Assembly: GCF_006345805.1 (NCBI RefSeq) | Contig: NW_021834145.1 | Coordinates: 1 to 52,457, forward strand | Length of the DNA stretch: 52,457 nt | Direction of reading: 5' to 3' | Source of the DNA: Octopus sinensis | Lineage: Eukaryota | In this document: positions 34,520 through 50,412 of the stretch, one piece after another | How positions within the stretch are numbered: position 1 is the stretch's first letter | How the letters are laid out: every line of letters starts with the position of its first letter | The notes under the pieces: model-generated | The model's database searches: none | Seen by the model: the letters and a program-made list of their open reading frames with translations, nothing else | Told to the model about the DNA's origin: nothing | Made by a program: the position numbers and the translations under genes

Positions 34520-37500
34520 ACTGGTAATTTTCTATTTCATATTGATGGAATTTGGACAGTAAACCATCCTCATATTGAGCTTGACAAGGCGTCGAAGGAG
34601 CAAGTAGAAAAGTGCCTACAGTCTATTTGGTAAGACATTGAATTCATCACAAGAAGAAGATTTGCAAAAAATTTTTGTGTACTTCAAGAGTGAAGAAAAG
34701 GCAAAGGTACACTCAGTAAAACTGCTCAAAACCACAGATATAGTACTGCTGTCTACATACCTAGGCAGACGCACTTCACGAGTCACCATAGAAGGCGGCG
34801 ATCTGGCAGAATCGTTAGCCGCCGAGCGAAATGCTTAGAGGTGTTTCATCTGTCATTACGTTCGGAGTTTCAAATTCCGAGATCGACTTTACCGTTCATC
34901 CTTTCGGAGTCGATCTAATCGACTGGACGCTTCCCGAAAAATTTCAAGCCTTGTGCCTAGAGTAGAAAGAATCATCATAGAAGATATTCCACCTGAAATC
35001 GATGTTATTTGGTTATATGCGGCCCTTACAATGGGTTTAGAAGATAAAATAACCATTTTAGAAGCATCAAAATACAACAACAGAATTGGAAGGGACAAGT
35101 TCTTGAAATTATTGTTGAAGCGGCACCACAAACACTTGAGGAGTTTGTGGAAAACATTATCCTCGGGGAAAAGACAACGCTTCCTATAATGATTGAGTGT
35201 AGGAGACCTCAATGCTTCGAGTTTGGCAAAAATGGCCACATTCGAGCCAATTGTCCTACCCACCAGGCCGAAGAAGCAATAGAAGCAACAACCAAGACGG
35301 TTGAGCCCAAATTACAGGAAGAAAATCAGCCACAGGAAGTCGACACCTAACCATCCGGGAACGAGGTAATGATTGACGACTGCACTGTGGTAAAAAGGAA
35401 GGAAGTGGCCAAAAGAAAGAACAATTCCCCAGTGACTTGGGCCCTCTAAGAAAGGACTTTACTGTGTCAATGTATGATGGCCTAGTCAATCAAAGGAAAA
35501 ACGATCCATGCAAGATACAGAATAGAAGGGAGTATAATCCTTTCTCCAATATAAGGTAAGCCATTTTATGGATGCACTTACCATATGTTGCTTAAATGTG
35601 CGTGGCCTGGAATCAGATTGGATGCAAGGTCGCTTCCTAAATGATCTTCGGTTACATAGACTGGATGTGGTAGTGGCCATGAAAGCCAGGCTGAGTAAGT
35701 CACGGTCCCCACTCCTGAGTGGCTATGAGAAATCCTGGTTTCTGAGACAACAATATTTATCGACCTGTAAGGCAGGCTGGTCGTTCTTGATGTGACAGTC
35801 AGCAGAGTAAGACTTTCAGGTTGGTTGGTGTCTATGTCCCCTGTGGAGCTGGAAATCTGATTTTTTAGAAGCCTAGAGAATTTCTTAGGTACGTCGCACA
35901 CTTTAGTAATATTAACACAATCTGTGATGCACGCATAGATTGTGTTGGCTTGAATCCAAATAGAAGGGGAAACCGATCTGTTTAGTCGCTTTCTGCTGGC
36001 AGACCGATACAGAATAGAATTTCCGAATGCTCCAGCGTGGACCTGGAGGAACAGCAACGGGTCTTCTAGATCTTATCTAGACAGGATTTTAGTCAGACCT
36101 AAGGATAAGAACATGGTTAGTTGTCCACAGTTTCATTATGTCACCTACAGTGACCACAAACATGTGCCTTGTACGCTTGTCTAAGATAGGTTATGTAAAC
36201 AAGGTTCCCGTTACTTGAAACTCAATAGTTCTCTTTTGACCGAAGATTAGGGAACCAGATTAGTGAATTAGTAAAGAGGGCTCTGAAAGTCACCATTATT
36301 AACAACAAATGGTGGAGAGCCCTCAAAAGAGCCATTAATATTGAGTCAATTAGATGGAGAACTAGCAGCTAGAAAGAATAAGTCAAGGCTTTAAAAGAGG
36401 TACTGGAAAGTGGCAGTGCATCTCGAGTGTTGAGATTGGCTCTCAACTAAAACCTCGAGGCTAAAATATGAAGGATACATTGTCAGGGCTAAGCTATGTG
36501 CAATGGGTCGAGAGGGAATCTGCGCGGCAAGACGGCCCTGTGCGGTAGAAGCTCAACATGGCAACGATGCCATGATAAGGTCTATGACGAACAGCCAAGG
36601 GCAAGTGGTGAACGAACCCAAGGAGATTGCAAGGTTTTTCACGAACGTTTTGGCCGGCTTTTTGGGAGGGGAGATGGCCGGAGTGCAGGGTGGATCCTAC
36701 AGACTTCCTTGCTGGTTTGTTGCATCTCTCGAGACAGAAACGGAATGTTGTGAAAGACCGATCACAGATGCGGAAGTAGAGGGTGCCTTATCGGATTGTT
36801 GTGGGGACAAGTTGTCGAGACATGATGGTCTTCCCTACAAATTTTACAAATGTATGCCAGACTTGTTTGGGCACCAACTGGCATGTGTTTTTAATAACTG
36901 GCAACAGAATGGGTGTATCTCCAGATCTGTGAGCCGGGGAGTAGTGAAACTACTAAGAAAAGACCCAAACAAATGGGATATAATAGATAACTTCCAGCCC
37001 ATCACTCTGCTTAACGTAGAGCTGAAGATTCTGGCCAAGGTATTAGCGAAAAGATTGGTGCGGTTCGTGGGTGGATTGGTAGGGGAGGCACAAACCTGTT
37101 CCGTCCCGAGCCGATCCATACACGACAATCTCCATCTTATACGTTATACCTTAGTGTGGGTTAATAGGGTTCCTGACAATGGTGGGGCGCTTGTACATTT
37201 AGACCAGACTAACGCATTCGACAGGGTCGACGGTCTGTATCTGTTGACGGTTCTTGCTGCAGTCGGTCAGGGCCCAACCTTTCGTGGTTGAATCATTTCT
37301 TTGTACAGTAACATTGATTCGATCATTCGGGTGAACGGTTTCTTCTCAATACCATTCTATATCAAGCGCTCTGTTCGTCAAGAATGTCCACTCTCACCCT
37401 TCTGTATGTGCTGGCTCTCGAGCCATTATTATGGCGGTTAGAGGGTATGGGTGGTGTCCCGTGAGATCTAGGCTGTGGAAGATTAGTAATGGCGTACACG

Positions 37501-38905
37501 GATGACATTACCATCATCGTATCTGAAGCAAAATGCCTACAGATGGTAGATGAAGCTGTTAAAGAATGTGAGGTAGAGACAGGAACAATAATTAACCATG
37601 ATAGGTCAGTTGGCCTGCAGCTCGGCACCTGGAGAGGCAAGTCGATGTTGTCCAACAGCGTCATGGGACATTGGACAGATGGTCCGGTGAAAATGCTCGG
37701 GGTCTTGTTTGGGCCAGACCTACAGTTAGAAAAAATTGGAGCGAGGTCATGAGCAGGGTGGCCCATCTAACTCAGACCTGGCGGAGGCCCCAAATGTGTT
37801 CGTTGCATCTGTGATTACCTACTGCCTGACCGTCGTGCCTTGTCCCGATTCGTGGCTAATCAAGATGGAACGACTGCTCTTCCACCTTTTGTGGAAGAGC
37901 AAAGGACATCTTGTTATGCACTATATCTGTTGCCAACAACTGCTAAAGGGTGAGCTAGGGACGTCATGGCTAATGATGCACTGGCACGCACTGAGACTAG
38001 GGCATCTCTGGTTTTACTTGGATGTTCAACAGGTGTGGTCTCTGTTCGTTAAACTGTTGCTTCTTAGGTTCACTAGTTTTAATGAACTAGAACCATGGAT
38101 CAGATGTTGACCAAAGTTGGGTGGATGGCAGGCCAAGTTTTGCAAGGCTCTCGTGCTCTTCTGCCGCAGAGGCAATGCTGGTAACATGGGTTCCACCTTG
38201 TCATTTTATAGAGGGTTAGTAGAGGCCAAGTGTGACGATGCATTGGGGGAAACTCTGGACTTTGATGAAGATCAACTAGCTAGCCTATTCCAAAGGACAT
38301 TTGGGCCGGGACTCCTGGATATCTTCCAGAGGTCCATTGCCTGGCAATGTTACTGGGGATCCTTACCTATTCACGATAAATTCGCAAGTTATGGTGCCTC
38401 ATGCTTGCTCAACTGCCCAAGATGTGGACGAGACAGAGAAGGTAAGTTTTGTTTTCTCATTGTGGTCACTATAGCAAAAGATGCAATATGGAGGATAAGT
38501 ATGAACGGAATGATGACAGGTATCTTCATTTCCAGCCAAGGTTTGGTAAACTGGTTTGTCTTCTTTCTATAAAGGAAGATAAGGCTAGAAAGGAGATATC
38601 TGTCATCAGACACGTTTGATAAAAGATGGAAGCAAGTGGCATGCTGTTGGGTATGAAAGGTCCTACATAAGTGTATCCATAAAAGGTTAATAAAAGCCGG
38701 CTCAGTGGAGGAGCGTGTCTTGCGGGATCTTGACTGCTCCCCCACTCCATTGTATTGTGCCTCTGTTTGTCCCCTCATTCGCTATATAATTTCCATAAAT
38801 TTTAAAATGTTTCTTTCTGTAAATCCACTCGTTATACTGACCCCGTATCCATCTTGTATTGTCCCTCTTTGTTTGGACCTTGTGCCTTGTAATAAAATCC
38901 CATAA
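34520..38905 (+). mobile_element. Near full-length decayed Tx1/L1-group LINE
   Basis: ORF1 has a zinc knuckle QCFEFGKNGHIRANCP. ORF2 has the endonuclease start CCLNVRGL, RT motifs NFQPITLLNVELKILAKVLAKRL, LDQTNAFDRVD and AYTDDIT, and a C-terminal CPRC. Many stops. Confidence 0.9.
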
Positions 38906-39243
38906 GTATTAAACAATGAAAATAGTCAATGCTTTTAAAATTTGTAGACTTTCGGTTTTTGGTGCCTCGATTCTTTGTGTCTTTTCTCTGTTATATGAAT
39001 GAGAGATGTCCTTGATTTGTGCGGGATTGGCTGCTATTTCTAATTTAGGAAGTGAGATGTCTATTATTTGTGCGTAGTTTGGTATCTCTTTCCTATCTAA
39101 GATACTTTCTACACTGTTCATTGTTTCATCTTGTTCAGAAAAGACAAAATGGGGAATCTCTGTCGTAAAGGAGTGAGGAGCAACATTCCAAAATGATAGA
39201 TTTTCATGGATTTCAAATTTCTCTTTTGTGTGTGTAAAAAAAA

Positions 39244-40064
39244 GCATAACTACAGATTCATAACTCCACTCCACCGAATTTGTTGACTCATTACTTCCAG
39301 AAAAATCTAACGAAATTATCAACTAATAATCACTTAGATCCTATAGATTACAAAGCATTTATTGCTTTTTTCCCCTCACACCACCCCATTCCTGATCGAT
39401 TTTGATCATTTTCCTTTTTCTTCTCTATACACTTAAAGCCCATGAGAGAAACCAAAAAATCGAAAAATTCTGAGAAAAACGTGTGATTTAAGGAAGAATT
39501 GGTTGTTGTTTCGAGCACATCCCAGACCCCCCTCCCCCTTCTCTCTTCTCACTCTCACATCTATTGATGTTTTTCAATAGTTTTCTCCCCATAACACATT
39601 TTATGGAATGATAATGCGAAAGTAACACATGTAGTCCATTGCTGGGATATAAGCGATAAATAAATGATAATTAAAATTTTTACTCGCATCACAACTGAAC
39701 GAGGCTGTATAAGAAAAAATCACTTACTAACAGAAAATTATGCTATCAAAATAAATCATCTTTTATATACCGCTCATTAAAATCACTCTGGATAAATCTC
39801 AGCAATAATCTTCTCAGACTCTCCAATATCTTTGAATTATATTAACAGAAACATTCGGGGATAGGGAGTGAGGCGGTTTCATTTTTTAAAGGCATAAATG
39901 TGTTTATGGGGGAAAATATTTAATTTAGTAAAATAACTAAGTTATCATTCAGCTAGTATTAGGAACATAAGTTGTGGCTAAGGTTTGGTGGAAGATTTTT
40001 ATTGAAACTCATGGAAACAAGACATTTGTCCTCAGTTTCAGTCTGGTTGGTAACAAAAGGGTTA

Positions 40065-40123
<59 letters not shown>

Positions 40124-41826
40124 GTGTGTGTGTGTGTTGTGTGTGTATGTGGGTGTTTCTATATATTGTATTATGTGTTTATGTGTATTTGTGTATGTGT
40201 GCAGCTAGGATTCATGTCTCACTCTCATCACCCTCTTTTTCTCTGTGTATGACTAACTTTGTATGTGTGTGAATGACTGTGTGTATGAGTGTGAATGATT
40301 ATCTGTTCAGTTGGTAAAGAGAATGAAAATCGGTCTTGAAGATCAAAGCGTGTGTGATATATCAAAGTGAAAAACAAATACATAAAATCTATTAATGGAT
40401 TTTACCGAACATGCCATCAAAACAGCTGGGAAGAAATGACAGATAAAATATCTATATCGGAAGAATGACAAAAAATTTTCCGAAGGGTTGAGGAAAGGAA
40501 TTTCAGAAAATTCACACGATCCGACATTTTCCCCCTCATAGCTTTCAGGAAAATGGGTGTGTTTTAATGAAATTTCATACAAATATCTTTCCAACGGTGT
40601 AGATTACGATTACATAGAAACCTGCGGGCAAATTTTTGGTAAGGGCATGAGGAAAAAGTGCGTGATTGAAAGGAAATTTGGCTGTTGTTTCTAGCATATT
40701 GCAAGACCACATGCCTTGTTTGTTTTGTTTTTTTTCACTCAGATGCTTTTCAATATTTTCCCTCATAAACACTTTTATGCTACAAAAAAGGAAAAATTTG
40801 AAAATTTATGGTGTTTTTTAGCTGCACTCTCTCCCTGATTGTTTCTGTTAATATAATTCTAAAATATTGGACAGTTTGAAAAGACTATTGCTAAAATATA
40901 TCCAGAGTGATTTTAACAAGCTGATTTATTTTGATAGCGTAATTTTCTGTTAGAAAATGGTTTTTATCCTTACACACACACATACATGGCCTCGTTCAGC
41001 GATGCAAGTAAAAATTTTAATTACCATTTTTTTTTTTTTTGCTTATATCCCAGCAATGGACTATGCGTGTGTTACTTTTGCATTATCATTCCATAAAATG
41101 TGTTTCTGGGGAGAAAAATATTGAACATTGTCAATAGATGTGAGAGTGAGAAAAAAACAAGATCTCAGGATGTGCTAGACAAAACGGCCAGATCTCCCTT
41201 GAATCACATATTTTCTTCTAAAATTATTAACAGTGTTTTTTTTCTTTTAACAAAAAATGTTTCTTTCACAGGTTTTAAATGTATAAGTGAAAAATAAAAA
41301 ACAGTTGGCCAAAATCGGTCCAGAATGGAGTGGTGAGGGGGTTGGAGGAGTGAAAAAAAATCATAGATTTTCAAACTTTTTCCTTGTTTTTCATGATATC
41401 TCCGATCATTCTGAAAACTGTGCTGAAAAAAAAAGTTGGAAAAAAACCCTTCAAAATGGAGAAATTCCAAATAATGTGGACCGTCTGATCCAAGACTTCA
41501 TTTTCCAGAAACACCTCCCCAATGTTTTGCTTTCAAAATTTCTTTGCAGTTATAATCTACACTGCTGGAGAGGTATTTGTGTAAAATTTCATTAAAAAAT
41601 AGCCGTTTTCCTGAAACTTATGAGGGAGAACATGTTAGGTTATGTGAATTTTCCAAAAATCCTTTTCTCAACTCCTCGGAAAATTCGTTTCCAGCAAATC
41701 TTTACATATGCTCAGTCTACAGGATCTAAGCGATTATTTGTTGAAAGTTTCGTTGAAAAGTATCCATTTTGCTGGAAGTTATGGGGCAACAAATTTGGTG
41801 GGAGGAGTATATATCTGTAGTTATGC
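39244..41826. mobile_element. 2.6 kb foldback-type non-coding element with nested inverted and direct sub-repeats
   Basis: The termini GCATAACTACAGAT and ATCTGTAGTTATGC are a perfect 14 bp inverted pair. Diverged inverted pairs: 39244-39350 with 41720-41826, 39360-39920 with 40750-41345, and 40460-40640 with 41530-41710. Confidence 0.6.
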
Positions 41827-42192
41827 CTCTTTTACTTGTTTCAGTCACTTGACCGTAGCCTTGCTGGAACATCGCCTTTGAACAAATTGACAACATCAGG
41901 ACTTTTATTTTTAGCCTATTACTTCTTCTATTGGGAGTCTTTTGCCGAACCGCTAAGTTACGGAGAACTAAACACACCAACACCGATTAAGCTTTCGTGG
42001 TAGGACACACACATACACACACACACGTGTGTGTGTGTACGATGGGCTTCTTTCAGTTTCTGTCTACGAAATACAGTAAAAATGTCGGCCTGAGGCTACA
42101 GTAGAAGACACTTGCCCAAGGTGTCAATGATTGGGACTGAACCTGGAAGTATGTGGTTGGAAAGCAAGCTTCTTATCAAACAGGCACAACTT
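41827..42192 (-). mobile_element. Older diverged SINE of the 24618 family
   Basis: ttttgccgaaccgctaagttacgg and gaagacacttgcccaagg blocks are present with many substitutions. Confidence 0.8.
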
Positions 42193-43499
42193 TGCCTAGT
42201 GATGACATATTTACACCATGTCTTCATGAACATCCTTAGCAACACAAATTTAGAGACGAGCATAACTGTTCACAAATTTCATTTCATGCATCAATATTTT
42301 CCTCTAAATGTGATTGTTCCCATCTTATAGAAAATACATGTACAGTTTTCATATTAATTAAATATATTTACGTTTATGTATTGGATACATTAGCTATTAT
42401 TGCAAACATTGTTTACATGAAATTCTGGGATGTCATTATTGTCATCTCTAGGTTTCTATCACAGCAGGCTTTCATTATTTTAGGGGCATTTTACTTTCAC
42501 TAATTTATGTGAGTTAGCTGCATGTTAAGCCAGTTCTTTTCCACAGTTTCATTCACAAATGAAACATAACTTGTTTTTCAGAGTTTATTTGACACAAACA
42601 AAAGAATAATTGAATCTAAAAACAATAGTGGAACTGTATTTACTCTGTAATTTCACATACATATACAGTCATTTACACACAATTATCCACACACATACAC
42701 AGATCTATACATAAATCTGTCTTATGCTTATGTATTTTTTTAATATTGTTATTCTTAATTTTTATGTAATTGTTTTTATGACAATAACTACAACCTGTCT
42801 ATGTATTAACAACTCAAAATACTTGTTTAGCTGACAATTCTAAACGAAAGCCAGTTCACCTGTGATCTATTTCTTTTGTGTATGATTAATTGATTAATTT
42901 GTGTATGATCTATTTCTTTTGTGTATGATTAATTGAGCAATATGTGGCTTTATTCGTGGAGGGTGTTTGCGTTAAGTTTGACAGTATGCATAATAATAAC
43001 ATAAACCACAGTATCCCATCTAAGAATAAGAATATATTAAAAGAATATGCACTAGATTACGGCTGGAAGACAGCAGTTTACTCAAACTAGTCACCCTCAG
43101 CTTCCACCATGGTCCCAAGACAACTCCAGAACCTGGCATAAGTATTCTCACTTTGTCCCTGGAAAAATCTTCAAGCACCTCCTTCATCTTGTCTACTTGC
43201 TCAGCATTTATGTTGAAACAGAACAGTCAGTGTCTTTCTCAACTGCGCCTCACAAATGATTACAACCAGGAGAATTAAGAGGCCAGGAATTAGGGATGAA
43301 GAAAGCATAGAAATTTTGAAATCGTGATTCGTTTTTGTTTATTATTAATACAATGTTATGAAGAATATCCTTATTTTTTTCATCATGATTAACTCTATTA
43401 TACCTGAATTTTTTCATTTCTTTCATTTTCTTTTTCAAGATATTCCCCTTTAGTTCGTCAATTTTCCAAATCAACTGAAATTTATTTTGTGACCCTCCG

Positions 43500-45085
43500 C
43501 TGTTATCACTGTTCGGTGAGGAAATTTGCTCTTTTAGTTTCCCATTTTATTTCATTAAAAGATCTACTTTCTGGTTCAAGTTTTTCCCTATCAAGTTCCT
43601 GCAACACATGTGTATGCTGTTCTTTAACTTCCTGGAAAGATTTGGTCTCCAGTACAAAGTTTTGACGAAGATTTTGCAATTTTGATGCACTGGCACCATC
43701 CTCCAAACCGGTTGCTCGATTGGGCAATGAATACCTGTGTCAATATGGTGCTTCACACTACACTAGATCTACAGTTCCGATTTCGGTGGGAACACTGTCA
43801 TCCGTAATGCTTTCGCTTCACCACCTGTAATTATCCGCTTTACCACCTTGACACAATCTAATCTTTCTTTGATCCAAAGCTTCATAAAGCAGACATCCAG
43901 TTCACACCCGATAAACGACAAGTAGTCCAGACCTAGGAAACAAGGATACTTCATTTCCACCACGTAGACTGGAAGTGCGACCTTTGACCTGCAACTTCAA
44001 TCAGGACATCAGACGATTCTCTCAAGTCAGTACATTGTTCAGTAACTCCATACAACTGCCATGATAACTGGTAGGTTTTGATGCTGTAACATCTTAATAG
44101 TCACAAATGTCTGCTCCAAAGCCGAACCAGTCACAAGGTGACATTTCTAGCCGTCACTTCTACCATCCATTTGTATACTGTCAATTACAATCCTTTCACC
44201 TCTTCTCAGAGTTGGGAGTTCTTTGGAATATTCGCTGGCAGTTGCCCCTTAACACCAGCCTCTTCTAGTTTTCCGACTCACCTTTGTCTTTCGTTACCTT
44301 CTCAATATCCTTCTTTCATGTTGGGCAGTCAAAACTAAGATGTCCCTTTCCACCACATGTCCCAAACTCTCTCCTAAGTGTGAACATTTTACTACCGTCC
44401 TGCCTTTGCTCTCTCTTCAGGATACAACAATCTGGCATCGTGTGCCCTTGCTTCCCACAAAGCCAAAAATTTATTCCAACTATCTCTTGTTCCTTCTTTT
44501 ACAAACAGCTTTATTTTTTTATGTCCAATCTTCTCGTGGTACCAACAACTTCCATTAAATCTTCAAGCTTCATGTACTTGCTCCTTCCTTGCTTTGAATC
44601 TAGGACTGTAGTCCACCTGAAATCTTCCTGTGCCAGACCGTACGACTCAAATTCCAGAGCTTTAGCCAATGTCTCTTGAACAGTATTTGGCTCTGCTTGT
44701 TTCACTTGAACTTTGAGCTCTGCACTGCCCTGCCCTGCCCTGCCCTGACCTAAACATCGATAAACTATTCTTTCTGAAGAAGACCTAAAGGTGCCTGGAC
44801 AAGCAGTGTGATTCTCCTCTAACCCTTATGTGGGTCTGAAATCGTACCCCGTACACTTCACTCAGGCACATTGTGCCATATCTTCTCATGAACAGTTCAA
44901 CTATTGAAGAATATCAACTCCTGTCCTCCACAGACAACTGGCTCAGTACCTCTAGTGTAGTGCCCTGTAGACTAGTAGCAAGCTGAACTGCACTTTGCTC
45001 ATCATCCTATCCATTCTGGTCAGTCAATAGTTCAGATTGGACATGGTAGGCCTCCCATGACACTTTTTCCCTCAAATTCTTGTGG
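43500..45085 (-). mobile_element. Third Ty3/Gypsy fragment: gag, protease and start of RT
   Basis: SWEAYHVQSELL...AVQLATSLQGTTLEVL, a knuckle (C)WLCGKQGHTMPDC, the protease end YPCFLGLDYL and IDTGIHCPIEQP. Confidence 0.8.
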
Positions 45086-45663
45086 CCTCTTTTTAATAGG
45101 AAATCCACTGTGGCTTTGCACATCTTTAGCACCAATGTTTGGCTACTTAAAGTTGAATGATTTTTGTTCTATCTAATATCATTTAGCAAGGTCTTTACCA
45201 AAAGATCCTACTCATTAAGTTCTTTTAAACATCATAATTAAAATGAGAAAGTAAATATTAGGCGCAGCTCTCCCAGTTTTGGCCCTACATTTTTTTAAAC
45301 TTTTTTCTACTGTGAAAATGTATAGCTTATGAAATACCCGAGACATTTTGAGTCAGAGTCAATTTTGGGCATTACCTACCATAGTTTTGGCTACTTAAGA
45401 CTGCATAACATCTTTTTACTACATAATATCTATTAAAGAGACTTTCACTAAAAGCTTCTACTCATCAAATGCGTTTAAAAATTATGATTAACTTATAGTT
45501 TGCTTTTCCAATAACTGAGAAATTATGAGGCAAAGTAAGTATCGGGTGTTAATCTCCCATTTTTGGCCCTACATATTTTATCATAACTTGTTTTCTACAG
45601 AACCTGATTTCGATTATTTTATGTGAAAGTATTGCCCCGAGCAATGTTGGGCACTTCTGCAAG

Positions 45664-45696
<33 letters not shown>

Positions 45697-46689
45697 TATA
45701 CTTGCAGAAGTGCCTAACATTGCTCGGGGCTTAATTGCTTTAAAGTACTCTTAATGATTCTACTCAATAATGATTATTGAGGCAAATATTGATATAAGTT
45801 TACGCCCAACCAATCGATTTGCAACTGGATAGAAAGCCCTGCAAAGCGCATTGCAACACTCTCAGAAGTGGGTAACAATAGAATGTGAGGTGGCCCTGAA
45901 AAGGCTGTGTCATCGTTCTCACAATTGTAACAATTTGGTAGGTTGTCCTGGAAGGGTGTGTAAAACGTTCGCAGGTGAATATGGCATCTTCTTTTTCCAC
46001 TAACAGCGGATGTGCTGTTACAAAACTTCATGCTCTGCGAAAACAGAATATACGCCCTATGGAGGAAAGTGGAGCATTAATTATGGGTAAGTAAATTTGG
46101 GTAAGTTTGAAAATATACAACGATAGCAGAGAATAGAGTTTGGCACAGTCGTCCGGTTATCGAACAATCCAACCCATTCCAGCAAAGAAAACAGATGCTC
46201 AATGTTGGTGATGAGGACGTGGAGGAGAAACAAGAGGGTAAATTTCTTAGATATTACAAACACACACACACATACGAGCGTGCCCAATCCCTCCCACATA
46301 CACATATCTACTATTGTTTAACTTCTACCTTACGATGCTGTAAGGGTCAGATGAGTATACTGGGGTAGAGGTTTGTGTGGTCAGGTTCCCTTTCTGCTGC
46401 CAAATGCCATCTGTTGCAAGTCAGGTAATAAATCTCCCAGTCTCTGGAGCAAAAGACAGACCTAACATGTTTATATGGAGAACTGGAAGCCAAAGACACC
46501 ACCTCAAAGAGCCCTTTATTCACAAAGGTCGTGCATTGTCAGTACATGTCAAGGAACCGAGACATGGTTACAACGTGCAACGCAAGCAAAACGACGCCTG
46601 TGAATATTAATGGAGACAAAGAGATACCTATATATATAGGTATATATATAGGTATCAAAGAGATACCAATATATATATATTGTATAGAC

Positions 46690-47270
46690 GGCATTACTAC
46701 ACATAAATGCCACACGCTAGGAGGGACTCTTAAAGTCAAAACTACTAAAATAAATAAACCCATCGTACCGAATGCAACTCTCGAAGCAAGTCATTTACAA
46801 ACAGAATTTAGCTGCAGATCACCGTGATTTCATAATCAGTGCAGTGGTGCATTCTTTACTCATCAGTGCAAGCATAATTCTAGATTTATAATGAATGAAC
46901 AAAATCAACATACCAGACGAACAACCAATGTTGTATATAGAAATGTTCACCCTTGTACATCAATGTAAATGGCGGTTTTTTTCGAATTGCCTATCGGTAA
47001 CAATGAGCTTATACGAAATAAAAATAATTTATTGAATATACTCCGGTTAAATTCACAATTTAATAATAGGATAAATTCTTTATAAGAATTTATCAAGTAG
47101 TCAGCGTGAAAAACCTCATAAGAGAAAAGATCCACCAATTTTTATCACTTAAATCTATTTATTTATATTATATAAAGGGCATTTCTACACATAAATGCCA
47201 CAAGCTAGGAGGGACTCTTGAGGTCAAAACTACTAAAATAAATAAACACATCGTACCGAATGCAACTCTC
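46690..47270. repeat. 93 bp direct repeats (46690-46782 and 47178-47270), period 488 bp
   Basis: ggcatt(a/t)ctacacataaatgccac...tcgtaccgaatgcaactctc occurs twice with few substitutions. Confidence 0.9.
46812..46871 (-). ncRNA. Type I hammerhead ribozyme
   Basis: ttgca CTGATGA gtaa [..tgca ccac tgca..] ttat GAAA tcac g gtga TC tgcag. Stem I is 5 bp, stem II is 4 bp with a G-U base pair, stem III is near-palindromic and the triplet is AUC. Confidence 0.8.
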
Positions 47271-47637
47271 TTTTTTTTCTCTCTTCTGAGGTTTTTCACG
47301 CTCACTACTTGATATATATGAACATTTTGGATATTTTTAAATACCTACTAGTTTTTATCTTATTTCATATCGACGTTTTATATCCATTTTTATATCTATT
47401 TATATATTTATATATTTATAATGCCAACGTATTTTTAAATATATTCAAATATTTTAAGATATTAAATAATTATATGTTTATATACTTGTATGTTTTGATA
47501 GTGTATTATCTAGAACTTTATATTGATGTATTGAGGTCCAATGAAAGTACATATATATATATTGAATATTCCATTGGATAATAGGTCATATTCCTCTAGT
47601 TTTCCGCTGTTATTGCCTCCATTGAAATCATATATAT

Positions 47638-47767
<130 letters not shown>

Positions 47768-47789
47768 TTAAATAACTTAGATATATTTC

Positions 47790-49900
<2,111 letters not shown>

Positions 49901-50347
49901 ATGTGAGGTAAAGTAACGTTCGTCACCATTGTCATCACCACTATTATCTATCGACATCTGAAAGTTTCAAGCAACTTTCTATTGAATCATTTGTTGCATC
50001 TTTGTGCTGGTGGGATGATGGGTACTGCATTTGTTTTGATGGGGATATTGTATCAGTGCGTTTGTTGTGAGGTTTGGTTTGAGACTTCTGTTGTATTAGT
50101 TTATATATTGTGTATTGTTTGTACATCGTAGGATGTGTTCTGTCGGGTATCGGACTTCTATGGCACATACGGGTTTTGTTTATTTTTTTTGGTGTTTACA
50201 GTATGAGTTTATTTTCGTATGTTTTGGAGAGGTGTCGCATAGTGGGGTGTGTGTGTGTGTAACTCATAAATCAACTATTTTATTGTATTTATGATTATCG
50301 ACCCGCCGTTCTCTCTCTTTTATTTGGTTTTGTTATGGGGTCCGTTA

Positions 50348-50378
50348 ATTATTATTATTATTATTATTTTCATTCTTA

Positions 50379-50412
<34 letters not shown>

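Noticed and set aside
47150-47270. Helitron 5' end (TCTAT...TATAAAGGGC)
   Set aside because: No 3' hairpin or CTRR terminus was found. The block is better explained as the direct repeat of the hammerhead-bearing unit.
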